From positions 387,876 through 451,875 of the forward strand of contig NZ_SETE01000003.1 of assembly GCF_004152935.1 (NCBI RefSeq): a stretch of 64,000 nt of DNA. The letters are read 5' to 3'. The notes beneath the pieces are model-generated. The model ran no database searches. It was not told where the DNA came from and saw nothing but the letters and a program-made list of their open reading frames with translations. How positions within the stretch are numbered: position 1 is the first letter of the stretch; each line of letters begins with the position of its first letter. The translations under genes were made by a program, and so were the position numbers. The stretch is from Brumimicrobium glaciale. Its GTDB lineage: Bacteria > Bacteroidota > Bacteroidia > Flavobacteriales_D > Crocinitomicaceae. Positions 21,501-29,896 of the stretch are shown here, piece after piece.

Positions 21501-21588
21501 CCAGAGAGGTTTCATAAACTTGTGATTGAGCACTATTAAAAAAGAGCGCTGAAATAAAAATGATGAGTGAATAATGTTTAAGTTTCAT
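18541..21588 (-). CDS. Large T9SS cargo protein with type-A C-terminal sorting domain (Por_Secre_tail-like), multiple Ig/PKD-like repeats
   Basis: 1015 aa with a signal peptide. C-terminus RIYPNPSSDFITIEL...KLIVQ is typical of a T9SS type-A CTD. Confidence 0.75.
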   Translation of the reverse strand: MKLKHYSLIIFISALFFNSAQSQVYETSLDQGTGQNANIPVYSYYGYSYSQSIYLASEFLPAVQGVPTEISKLSFLNVSGNVVSTDNWTILIGQTSKTAFQDGNDWEAFANLETLYNGTVTANGANGWMEIELDSTFLWDGVSNIVVGVRDQSPGYTGSQIQWGTYPVTGNRSMRTYNDFNIPSLQTPPVAQNLYQSVPKIKFQHINYVDCQSQAFTGPYNMTLAQSSLCDNELFNGTFDELFYVNGLVYQWQKLDNGNWVDFANSDSTYYESSLAQTTDIRVKATCLANNTEILTGVETITVSSAPPLTVNFQDIAFCGGNPAAIMASGANTYSWSPSAGLSNSNTAIVTASPTDVTTYEVTGTSINGCTAVETVIVSPIDKVITDFTYNASGLCSAPAIINFEVINLPSLAGTAAWEYTFLDENNVTLAAWGTTNTYAINAPVDSVYKIKYKIRSTECSSVENESTVKTITVGFGTEVNVVDYNCVNLGGSIQANNDFGQSTGSIIFENDFSDPSNTADLVVVGNTSLTNGMAVITPSATGNNGSLVISPTNQVLGSDNSMQISFDLTVDLPINTYGTGGADGIAYSFADDINVSNSNINNGRGSKLRLSFDSADNGSNSAGVYLVYGKQNTNAPAPGDLTTLAYNADLSSWKNQADVPVDISIENGALSLMVNGVLIFDNVALPAAYITEDVSNWKHCFSAQTGGDANRHALKNLKISAGQYEFGITTSSTNQPTKWQAGKEFDSLAPGTYYLWMRKDSTSNCQKMVQTIVLNNTNPIVDLGGDYTICEGDSVVLDAGNVTSTYVWNGTSVVTQTYAVNQSGAYVVQVTDTLGCTGLGSTIVTVNDVPNVGMLEVVYHPSGVTLFNVQNAQNGYAYAWDFGDGNTDSNTSGNISHIYDDKGVYTATVVVSNDCGDTTITNSVNITTTVGLTDENSEEALRIYPNPSSDFITIELGNTAKANVVIFDVNGKVVSDLGEINSTVKIDVNNWSKGVFFAHITDANKTEVVKLIVQ

Positions 21589-21616
21589 ATTGCGTGTTTA
21601 ATAATTAATATTAAAC

Positions 21617-21624
21617 CAAAAATA
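21617..21624 (-). promoter_or_regulatory. Candidate -7 box TATTTTTG (minus strand) for the 1015-aa T9SS gene
   Basis: TAnnTTTG match 28 nt upstream of the ATG at 21588. The shared 18-mer lies ~34 nt further upstream. Confidence 0.35.
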
Positions 21625-21658
21625 ACTACAGCGCTTTTATATATCGAAAATTTAGCGA

Positions 21659-21676
21659 GACAAAAACAAGACAACT
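21659..21676. promoter_or_regulatory. Conserved 18-mer GACAAAAACAAGACAACT upstream of a T9SS cargo gene (copy 1)
   Basis: Exact 18/18 identity with 25993..26010. Both copies sit ~32-34 nt upstream of a TAnnTTTG box belonging to a minus-strand T9SS cargo gene. Confidence 0.5.
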
Positions 21677-21725
21677 AGGAATTAAAAATCAACTATACCT
21701 TTCAGTTCTTAAAGATTGAGTTGGA

Positions 21726-23369
21726 TTAAACGGTTTTTATAAATTGAATTAATTCCTTTTGAGACTCTATCGAGAGTTTTTTTCTAAGTCTTAAATTAGA
21801 TTTCCGCACTGAATCTTGAGATATTCCTAAAATTCTAGACATTTCAAGACTTGAAAGATTCAACTTGATTAGCATAGCCAATCTTGTCTCAGAATTTGTT
21901 AAATCATCCTGTTTTTGTATCAAAGAATCATAAAAACTAGGATGTATTTTATCGAATAAATGCTTAAACTCCAATAAATCATTCTCTGTCAGTAATGTAA
22001 AAGTGTTGATTTTCTCATATATAACTTCTTTCTCTTTTTGCAAAGTGAGATTTTCATCCGATACTTCTCTTTTATTAATCTCCTGATTTAAGGTGTCAAT
22101 AATATCGTTTTTCACAACTAAGTTTTCTAAAATCTTATTCAACTCTTCCTCGTTCTTTTTAAGCTCTGTTCGTATTTTTTCTTTTTCTAATTCTAAAATT
22201 TTATGCTCATAAATTTTCCTTTTTCGCATCAAATAAATGATGTAAATACAAGCTAAAATGATCACAGATAATATAATTGCAATTCCATAATAGAGTTGAC
22301 CTGTTCGTTTCTCTTTTTCAATTAATAATTCAGACTCATTTCTGTTTTTCTGAAATTTTATTTGAAAAATCATGTTTTGAAGATTCAATTGATCGTATTC
22401 CCTTCCTGATGAATCTTTATATAAAACACTTTGTTGATAAGATTCATAAGCCAATTTATACTCTTTAAGATGTTCCCAGTAAATTGTTTTTATATAATGA
22501 TAGCGCATTACCGAATAATAGTCAGTCACTTGAGGAATCAAAGAATCAAGGGTTTTCATATAAGTTTCAACCAAATCAAAACGCCCTCCATTTAACTCTA
22601 TTTCTATAAGTAGCGCAAGGGCATTTAAGGCGCTTTCTGTTTGCTCGTTTTTCAGACTTAATTCTTTATCTAAAATCAAACATTTTCTTGCACTGATTAA
22701 ATCTCCATTGAGATAGTAGATGAACCCCAAGTTCCCATTGATTATACCAATCCATTCATTGTTATCTATCTTCGTTGCTAGCTTTAAACCTTTATTGAAA
22801 TAATAAATCGAAGAGTCAATATCACCTAATTTTTTGTGAATTAATCCCAACGTATTAATCATACTAATTTTCAAAGTACTCTCTTCTTTCTGTTGTTTTA
22901 AAGCTTTTAAAAGTAATATCCTTGATTCCTCATATCTTCTAAAATCATAGAAATAAGTTCCTTTCATTTCATAAAACTCAGCTGCAAAAGAAATTTCTGA
23001 AATATCGTTCTCTTTTAAAATATTACTCACAACATCTAAATACTCATAAGCTTGATAAGGTTCATTGTCCTTAGTGAGTTTCTTGGCTATTTCAAAACAA
23101 ATTTCTGCATAAACGATGGTGTTTGAACCTTTAAATAATGCTGCTTTTTTAGTAATGAAACTTACGTATGCGTTATTACTTTCAAAGACATCTTTGTTTC
23201 CTACTTTTATGAAGTCTAAAAGTTCTTTCTCTTTATGAATACTTGGTTGTTCAGTCTTTTCTAAAGCTGATAAATTGGTGATTTCTTCACTTTCTTGCGT
23301 AATTGCATGTGAATTGGATACCAAATAAAAGATATAGAACAATATCAATAATAATCTTTTTTGCCTCAA
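21726..23369 (-). CDS. Membrane-anchored one-component regulator: signal peptide, periplasmic TPR repeats, single TM, coiled coil, C-terminal LuxR/GerE-type HTH
   Basis: 547 aa. A TPR-like region, a TM helix (LYYGIAIILSVIILACIYIIYLM), and a C-terminal LuxR-type HTH (LEMSRILGISQDSVRKSNLRLRKKL). Confidence 0.7.
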   Translation of the reverse strand: MRQKRLLLILFYIFYLVSNSHAITQESEEITNLSALEKTEQPSIHKEKELLDFIKVGNKDVFESNNAYVSFITKKAALFKGSNTIVYAEICFEIAKKLTKDNEPYQAYEYLDVVSNILKENDISEISFAAEFYEMKGTYFYDFRRYEESRILLLKALKQQKEESTLKISMINTLGLIHKKLGDIDSSIYYFNKGLKLATKIDNNEWIGIINGNLGFIYYLNGDLISARKCLILDKELSLKNEQTESALNALALLIEIELNGGRFDLVETYMKTLDSLIPQVTDYYSVMRYHYIKTIYWEHLKEYKLAYESYQQSVLYKDSSGREYDQLNLQNMIFQIKFQKNRNESELLIEKEKRTGQLYYGIAIILSVIILACIYIIYLMRKRKIYEHKILELEKEKIRTELKKNEEELNKILENLVVKNDIIDTLNQEINKREVSDENLTLQKEKEVIYEKINTFTLLTENDLLEFKHLFDKIHPSFYDSLIQKQDDLTNSETRLAMLIKLNLSSLEMSRILGISQDSVRKSNLRLRKKLSIESQKELIQFIKTV

Positions 23370-23576
23370 AACCTCATCTCTTTTTTCATGTAAAATTGAT
23401 AGTCAATTACGAATTCCCAACTTTTTAATTAAACAATTGAATTAAAGCTTTATCAATAAATTCAAAATGCAGATTCGTAACTTCTGAAAGTTATCTAAAA
23501 TATTGAAACTAAAAAGTAAGTCCTTGTAAAAAATCACCGAATTCGTAATTGACAATTATAAATGATCAATTGGTTT

Positions 23577-25880
23577 CTATCTTATCAAAACAACAGTCCC
23601 CGTCTTTATAACTACATTTTCATTTTTTAATTCATTGAAAGTTATCTTCCAAGAATACATACCTGCTTTTACTATTTGACTCCCATAAGTTCCATCCCAA
23701 CCTACACTGTAATCATTTGATTCAAATATTTTTTCTCCCCAACGATTATATACTTCAAACTTATACTGCTGCGGATCTACTCCGACAGTCATTATTGGAA
23801 GAAAAACATTGTTATTGTCATCACCATTTGGCGTAAAAGCATTGGGCACATAAAAAATTGTTTGGTCTTTTACTGGAACAATTCTCGTTGTTGAGTCAAT
23901 ACAGCCTTTATCCGAAGTAACGATTAACTTAACCTCATAGTTGCTTTCTTTACCAAACGGGAAAGTGAAAATTGGATGAGCTTCTGTGCTTTGACCTAAT
24001 CCATCAAAATTCCATTGATTTTGAGCGTTCAACTCTGATTGATTTTCAAAATTAACTACAGGGTTATCAGAAAATATACTTTTTGGTTTAAAATCAAAAG
24101 CCGCAACAGGATCTGGGTTAATACAGATAAGCTTGTTTTCTGTCAAACTTGAGGTACAAAAATTGTCTGTTACAATTCTTAAACCGATGTTATAACATTT
24201 CACTTCTTCAAAAGTATAACTCATGGTGTTGTTCACTCCCACTTGGTTTCCATCAACAAACCAAGTATAATCTGTGCTTCCATTCACAACTGTTAAATCC
24301 GTAAAATCAACAGTTAATGGACTACAACCTTCATATAAATTAGCAGAGAATTGAATATCTGCTATTTCACTTAACTCTATACTTACAAATGCTGTATCTG
24401 CTTCACACGGAAAATCATTGCTGACCACAAATTGGAAATTATAGCTATTTTTCGATAAATTATCTAACTGTAAAATTCCAGATGAAGGATTAAATATTGA
24501 ATTTGGCAACCCATCCAAAGAGGACCAAACACCAGCATTATTGACGGTTAAAAAGTTATTTAAGTTTGTTGTTCCATCACTACAAAAACGTTCAGAAATA
24601 TCATTTCCTGCGCTTTTAAAAACCTTAATGTCCAGTTCAAAAACAGCAGTATCTGATGGACAAAATGTACTGGTTAAGACATAGTCATAATTATTAACCC
24701 CTAACAATTGGCTAATATCTAATTGTCCGCCATTTATCAATATCCCAAGTTCAGTATACCATGCTCCTGATGTAGAAATTGAAGGATCTAATAAACTAAA
24801 TAGATCAACATTTAGATCCGTATCACAAAAAGAAAACGAGTCATCCATTCCAGCGTCTGGAGGCGTGTGAAAAGTGACAATAAAATCTTGTTGTTCATCA
24901 CAATAACCGTCATCAGAAACAGTCACTGTAAAAGTTCCAGAAGTATCTACTTGAATTGTTTGGGTGGTTTCATTTGTAATCCACTCATAATCAAAACCAG
25001 GGTTTTCTGCATTCAAGGTTAAAATTTCTCCTTCACAGTCATTTAAAATAGTTGGTAGAGAAAATACTGGACTCGAATTATAAGTAACATCAATGGTATC
25101 ATTAAAAACACAAATCGGAGAAAATGAAATATCATCAAGTGAAAAGTCATTTCCACCACCAGTACTATTCAAATTGGTAATACAAATTTCAGCCGTTGTT
25201 GCTGTTCCAGAATTCCAAATTTCAAAAAACTGATTCCATGTACATGCAGTCGGAGAGGCAGCAAAAGGTATTCCTATATTCACCCCATTTATGGTAAATT
25301 GAAGTTGCGCAACATTTAGATCATTCAAAGCATTGGCTACCCAAGTACTAAATTCATAATCAGTATTTGGAGAGACATTTACTGTTTGACACCAAACACT
25401 CGTTCCGGGAATATTTGCTCCATTCACAATCATCATACTTCCAACTCCTGTTGTATGGTCTCCACAAAAGCTAAAATTATTGTGCACATTGCTGGGTGAG
25501 GTATTGATGGCATAAGTTCCAGGATTTGACAAAATTCCCCAAGAACCACCTGTACCCACAATATAATCTGTTAGAAAGCTTGTGTTTCCCTGTGAAAAAT
25601 CACCATTTATCACCAAGTTAGTAGATAAATATTTTACTTCAACGAAATAAATCCCAGTTGCTGAAACTGTCCTTGTAGCTGAATTTGATCCATTATCCCA
25701 AGTAATTGAAGGATTATTTGTTAAACCCGATAAATCAAATTGTAAGGTATTGTTTGGACAAAGTATGGTGTCGTTTCCAAGGTCTGGACCAGTAAATTGA
25801 GTGCATTGGGTTTGTGCATGAACTATAAAAATAGCGAACATACCCAATTGTATAAATATATTTTTGAAATGAGCTTTCAT
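23577..25880 (-). CDS. T9SS cargo / adhesin-like protein with CBM-like N-terminal domain and type-B C-terminal sorting domain
   Basis: 767 aa with a signal peptide. N-terminal domain ending NDFSLDDISF is paralogous to 16337..18310. C-terminus PNAFTPNGDDNNNVF...RWGEKIF. Confidence 0.75.
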   Translation of the reverse strand: MKAHFKNIFIQLGMFAIFIVHAQTQCTQFTGPDLGNDTILCPNNTLQFDLSGLTNNPSITWDNGSNSATRTVSATGIYFVEVKYLSTNLVINGDFSQGNTSFLTDYIVGTGGSWGILSNPGTYAINTSPSNVHNNFSFCGDHTTGVGSMMIVNGANIPGTSVWCQTVNVSPNTDYEFSTWVANALNDLNVAQLQFTINGVNIGIPFAASPTACTWNQFFEIWNSGTATTAEICITNLNSTGGGNDFSLDDISFSPICVFNDTIDVTYNSSPVFSLPTILNDCEGEILTLNAENPGFDYEWITNETTQTIQVDTSGTFTVTVSDDGYCDEQQDFIVTFHTPPDAGMDDSFSFCDTDLNVDLFSLLDPSISTSGAWYTELGILINGGQLDISQLLGVNNYDYVLTSTFCPSDTAVFELDIKVFKSAGNDISERFCSDGTTNLNNFLTVNNAGVWSSLDGLPNSIFNPSSGILQLDNLSKNSYNFQFVVSNDFPCEADTAFVSIELSEIADIQFSANLYEGCSPLTVDFTDLTVVNGSTDYTWFVDGNQVGVNNTMSYTFEEVKCYNIGLRIVTDNFCTSSLTENKLICINPDPVAAFDFKPKSIFSDNPVVNFENQSELNAQNQWNFDGLGQSTEAHPIFTFPFGKESNYEVKLIVTSDKGCIDSTTRIVPVKDQTIFYVPNAFTPNGDDNNNVFLPIMTVGVDPQQYKFEVYNRWGEKIFESNDYSVGWDGTYGSQIVKAGMYSWKITFNELKNENVVIKTGTVVLIR

Positions 25881-25992
25881 AAAATAATTTGAAAATAGAA
25901 ATTTAACATCAAGTTAAAGGCGAAAATTAAGCGTTAAAGCACATAATCATTCAAATATAAAAAGATTATTTCTGGAATTTTATTAGTCGTGG

Positions 25993-26010
25993 GACAAAAA
26001 CAAGACAACT
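25993..26010. promoter_or_regulatory. Conserved 18-mer GACAAAAACAAGACAACT (copy 2), upstream of the 767-aa T9SS gene
   Basis: Identical to 21659..21676. A TATATTTG box on the minus strand (plus coordinates 25952..25959) lies 32 nt downstream in gene orientation. Confidence 0.5.
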
Positions 26011-26168
26011 CTCAAAAAACAAGCATTTATTACCAGTTCATTAGGATGTATACAAAGAATACACTTGTTTTTGAAAAGTAATAATCAATTTTTATCATAC
26101 CTTTTCAATTATATAGTTTTCCAAAAAAGAAATCTCAACCAAGACAGCAATATTCAATCAATAACTAT

Positions 26169-26176
26169 TAAATTTG
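26169..26176 (+). promoter_or_regulatory. Candidate -7 box TAAATTTG for serS
   Basis: TAnnTTTG match 22 nt upstream of the ATG at 26198. Confidence 0.35.
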
Positions 26177-26197
26177 CGCTTTCTAAAATGATACATT

Positions 26198-27469
26198 ATG
26201 TTGGAAATTACAAGGATTAGAGCAGAGAAAGATATCCTAATTGAAGGATTGAAAAAACGAGGCGTAGATTTTAGCCCACAATTAAACGAAATAACATCAC
26301 TTGATGAGTCATGGCGTGCTAAAAAATCTGAATTAGAATCAGTTCAATCCGACAGTAATAAAATCTCAAAAGAGATTGGAAAACTAATGGGAGCAGGAAA
26401 AACAGAGGAAGCGAATGCTGCCAAAGAACAAACTGCTAAACTTAAAAAACAAGAGCAAACGCTCAAGGATGAAGTAAGTCAATTAGAGGATAAAATTCAG
26501 GTATTACTTTACGAAGTTCCTAACGTTCCATTGGCAATAGTTCCTTCAGGCAAATCTGAAAATGATAACATAACAGTTGAAGAAGTAGGACAAAAAGTTC
26601 AGTTTTCTGGAACACCATTACCGCATTGGGAATTGGCTAAAAAATATGACATCATCGACTTTGAGTTGGGTGTTAAAGTTACAGGAGCAGGATTTCCATT
26701 CTATAAAGGAAAAGGAGCGAAAATTCAACGTGCTTTAATTAACTTCTTTTTAGCTGAAGCAGATAAAGCAGGTTATACTGAATATATTCCGCCATTAATG
26801 GTGAACGAAGCAAGTGGAATTGGCACTGGACAATTGCCAGACAAAGAAGGTCAAATGTATCATGATGCAAAGGACAATTTGTATTTGATTCCTACCTCTG
26901 AAGTTCCTTTAACGAATATTTACCGAGATGTCATTCTTCCAGATGAAAATTTCTCAATCAAAATGACAGGATACACGCCAAACTTTAGAAGGGAAGCTGG
27001 ATCTTATGGAAGTGATGTGCGTGGATTAAATCGTTTACATCAATTTGATAAAGTTGAATTGGTGCGTATTGAGCATCCAGACCGTTCTGAAAAAGCATTG
27101 GAAGAAATGGTAAACCACGTAAAAGGTTTACTTGAAAAACTAGGTTTACAATACCGTGTTTTACGTCTTTGTGGTGGTGATTTAGGATTTACATCTGCTA
27201 TCACTTATGATTTTGAAGTATTTTCAGCAGCACAAGAAAAATGGTTAGAAGTGAGTTCTGTTTCATTATTCGAAACTTTCCAAGCCAACCGTTTAAAATT
27301 GCGTTTCAGAAATGAAAGTAAGAAAACACAATTGTGTCACACTTTAAATGGAAGTGCTTTGGCATTACCAAGAATTTTGGCTGCGTTGCTTGAGAATTAT
27401 CAAACGCCAGAAGGAATTGAAATTCCAGAAGTATTAGAGAAGTATGTGAATTTTAAGATGATAAATTAA
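26198..27469 (+). CDS. serS: Seryl-tRNA synthetase
   Basis: 423 aa. N-terminal coiled-coil arm, then a class II core with motif 2 (FRREAGSYG) and motif 3. Confidence 0.9.
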   Translation: MLEITRIRAEKDILIEGLKKRGVDFSPQLNEITSLDESWRAKKSELESVQSDSNKISKEIGKLMGAGKTEEANAAKEQTAKLKKQEQTLKDEVSQLEDKIQVLLYEVPNVPLAIVPSGKSENDNITVEEVGQKVQFSGTPLPHWELAKKYDIIDFELGVKVTGAGFPFYKGKGAKIQRALINFFLAEADKAGYTEYIPPLMVNEASGIGTGQLPDKEGQMYHDAKDNLYLIPTSEVPLTNIYRDVILPDENFSIKMTGYTPNFRREAGSYGSDVRGLNRLHQFDKVELVRIEHPDRSEKALEEMVNHVKGLLEKLGLQYRVLRLCGGDLGFTSAITYDFEVFSAAQEKWLEVSSVSLFETFQANRLKLRFRNESKKTQLCHTLNGSALALPRILAALLENYQTPEGIEIPEVLEKYVNFKMIN

Positions 27470-27537
27470 TCAGCTCCACAGGAGCGACACATTAATAGCC
27501 AAGAATGTAAATCCTTGGTATAAAAAATAGTGATAAA

Positions 27538-27599
27538 ATAATCCCAAAAAAAAACCGACGTAATTGCATGCAATTACGTCGGTTTTTTTTTGGGATTAT
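27538..27599. terminator. 62-nt perfect palindrome: bidirectional rho-independent terminator after serS
   Basis: ataatccc a9 ccgacgtaattgcatgcaattacgtcgg t9 gggattat. Perfectly self-complementary, with A/T runs on both sides. Confidence 0.75.
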
Positions 27600-27857
27600 A
27601 GATTTGTGTGGTTCTATCGGATGGACTCACGTCCATTCCTATTAATATGTCGTCACTCTGTGACTGTAAACTATAATAAAGAGTTTAGCATAATTTAAAT
27701 ACTGTATTATACATCCAGAACAACTCTCGGGAGTATAAGACAGTATTTAAGATTATTCATTAATTTCGTCCCTCAATATTTTATGTGACAAATGTAACGG
27801 TGAAAACGCTCATCTGTTTGTAAATTTGCACTGTAATTGAAACTTAAAACAAAAACA

Positions 27858-28115
27858 ATGAGCAATAATAGAAAGGTTATAGACGTACGTTCAGAAATGG
27901 AATTCATGGGTGGAAATGTTGCAGGAAGCATAAATATTCCTTTGCAAGAGGTTCCTGATCGTTTAGATGAATTTAAGGCGATGGATAACCCTATTCTTTG
28001 TTGTGCATCAGGAAATAGAAGTGGACAAGCAGTTCAGTTTTTAAAAGCAAATGGCATCGAATGTGAAAACGGCGGTGGCTGGATGGAAGTAAATTATCAA
28101 ATGGCACAACAATAA
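27858..28115 (+). CDS. Single-domain rhodanese (sulfurtransferase)
   Basis: Likely start is MSNNRK at 27858; the ORF track begins at a TTG at 27837. Active-site CCASGNRS loop. Confidence 0.75.
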   Translation: MSNNRKVIDVRSEMEFMGGNVAGSINIPLQEVPDRLDEFKAMDNPILCCASGNRSGQAVQFLKANGIECENGGGWMEVNYQMAQQ

Positions 28116-28120
28116 TAGTT

Positions 28121-28426
28121 ATGGGATTTTTAAGTAGATTGTTTGGAGGAGGACCTAAAGTTGATTTAGCTGAATTGAAGAAAAATGGAGCGCTCATCCT
28201 TGATGTGCGTAACCCAGGAGAATTCAAAAGCGGCCATATCAAAGGTTCTAAAAACATTCCTTTACAAGAGTTAAATAGCAAAATGAAAGGTTTAAAAAAG
28301 GACCAAGTAATCATCACCTGTTGTATGTCAGGAATGCGTAGTGGAAGTGCTAAAAACATTTTAAAAAATGCGGGTTTTGAAGTTTACAATGGCGGCGGAT
28401 GGTCAAGCCTAAAGAATAAGATATAA
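28121..28426 (+). CDS. Single-domain rhodanese (sulfurtransferase), tandem paralogue
   Basis: 101 aa. Active-site CCMSGMRS loop. 5 nt downstream of the first rhodanese. Confidence 0.75.
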   Translation: MGFLSRLFGGGPKVDLAELKKNGALILDVRNPGEFKSGHIKGSKNIPLQELNSKMKGLKKDQVIITCCMSGMRSGSAKNILKNAGFEVYNGGGWSSLKNKI

Positions 28427-28464
28427 TAGTAGTGAATTATAATTAGTAGTAGTGTTTTTAATAA

Positions 28465-28498
28465 AAAGTCACTCCTTTGGGAGTGACTTTTTTGTTTT
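28465..28498 (+). terminator. Rho-independent terminator after the rhodanese pair
   Basis: aaagtcactcc tttgg ggagtgacttt followed by tttgtttt. Confidence 0.7.
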
Positions 28499-28543
28499 GA
28501 TTCGTTTAAATAAATTACCTTTGTTTTTAATAAATGATCAAAA

Positions 28544-29068
28544 ATGGAATTATATACTTTACATATTATTGAAACTATTGTTCTTCTTGTTGCTTACTTT
28601 ATTTTAAAGTATATCACAAAAAAAGCAACGAATAAAGCAGCATTAAAATTCTCAAAATCAAAGACACGTGTAAAGATCATTAAGAAAATCATTCAACTGA
28701 TGTTGATTACAATAACCTTAACTTTTCTATTGCTCATCTGGGGAGTTGAACAATCAGAACTAATGTTCTTCATTACCTCACTACTTACTGTATTAGGAAT
28801 TGCTTTTTTCGCGCAATGGTCTATTATATCAAACATTACTGCTACGTTGATTATTTTCTTCAATCACCCCGCAAAAATTGGTGACGAAATTGAAATATTT
28901 GATGTAGATCACCCTGTTCTAGGGAGAATTAGCGATGTGGGTATTTTCTTTGTTACAGTTAGAAATAAAGAAGGTGCATTAATTACCATCCCAAGTAATC
29001 TATTCATTCAAAAAATGATAATTAAAAGAGATAATCAAGCGTCTTCTATAACTTCAAAACTCCTCTAA
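28544..29068 (+). CDS. Small MscS-like mechanosensitive channel family protein (TM helices + beta domain, no C-terminal alpha/beta domain)
   Basis: 174 aa. Three TM segments, then KIGDEIEIFDV...GRISDVGIFFVTVRNKEGALITIPSNLF, which is typical of the MscS beta-domain. Confidence 0.6.
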   Translation: MELYTLHIIETIVLLVAYFILKYITKKATNKAALKFSKSKTRVKIIKKIIQLMLITITLTFLLLIWGVEQSELMFFITSLLTVLGIAFFAQWSIISNITATLIIFFNHPAKIGDEIEIFDVDHPVLGRISDVGIFFVTVRNKEGALITIPSNLFIQKMIIKRDNQASSITSKLL

Positions 29069-29660
29069 ATCCCCTAGAAATATAATAAGATATTGCACTG
29101 TTGTGATAGATAAAAACTTCATCATATCTATAGTCACCAAAAATCGCACCCCCTAGTTTTCTTATTCTCTCAGGTGTTTTTAACCAACTAGAAGTTTTGG
29201 AATCGAAGGTCCCAAATTCTTGAAGTCTCCTGTATCCGATATGGTCAAGGATATCAATTCCCATCTCTTCGGCAACATCTACAATATTATTTTTAGGTTT
29301 TGCTTTAGGTCTAGAAAGCCATGCTTCCTTGTCATAACATAAGCTTCTGCGTCCTTTTGGGCTTTCAATTGAACAGTCGTAAAAATAGTAGGTATCTGTT
29401 TGGGAATCATAATCAATCACATCAGGTTCACCGCCTGTTTCCTCCATTTTATGAAGAGACCACAGTTTTTCTGGATATGACTTTAATTTTTCTAATATAT
29501 TCTCCCATTTTAATGACTCGTGTCTCATTAAATTTTTTTCAAATCTTTCTTTAAGTGTTTTGATTAAGCGATCGCTTTCACGAGGGGTTATCGTCTGATT
29601 CATAATTGTAAGAGTTAGTTTAGTATAGCTTAGCATTGCTATAATGTACAAAAAGCACAT
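29046..29660 (-). CDS. Hypothetical cytosolic protein (DUF4256-like)
   Basis: 204 aa, though the real start may be MNQTITPRE at 29603. Its 3' end overlaps the 3' end of the convergent MscS-like gene by 23 nt. Confidence 0.5.
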   Translation of the reverse strand: MCFLYIIAMLSYTKLTLTIMNQTITPRESDRLIKTLKERFEKNLMRHESLKWENILEKLKSYPEKLWSLHKMEETGGEPDVIDYDSQTDTYYFYDCSIESPKGRRSLCYDKEAWLSRPKAKPKNNIVDVAEEMGIDILDHIGYRRLQEFGTFDSKTSSWLKTPERIRKLGGAIFGDYRYDEVFIYHNSAISYYISRGFRGVLKL

Positions 29661-29896
29661 AAATTGTTAACAAAGCTAATCGTTTTTTAAAGCTAATCGT
29701 TGTTTTCTAATTTCTTTTTAAGTTTTTCATTCATTAAGACAAATCCGTTTTTTGTGTTTAATTCGAAGTTTTTACCAAAAAAAAGCAATAAAAAACCTTT
29801 AAAAACCTCACTATGTAAGAAAGTTGTGGATCCACCTCCATTGTCAATTAGTTCAAACTGATGTGTTCAATCAAATAATCCTCTAAATAAAAAATG

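Noticed and set aside
27837-27857. N-terminal extension MKLKTKT of the first rhodanese from a TTG start
   Set aside because: An in-frame ATG (MSNNRK) at 27858 gives a typical single-domain rhodanese length, so the TTG extension is probably an ORF-caller artefact.
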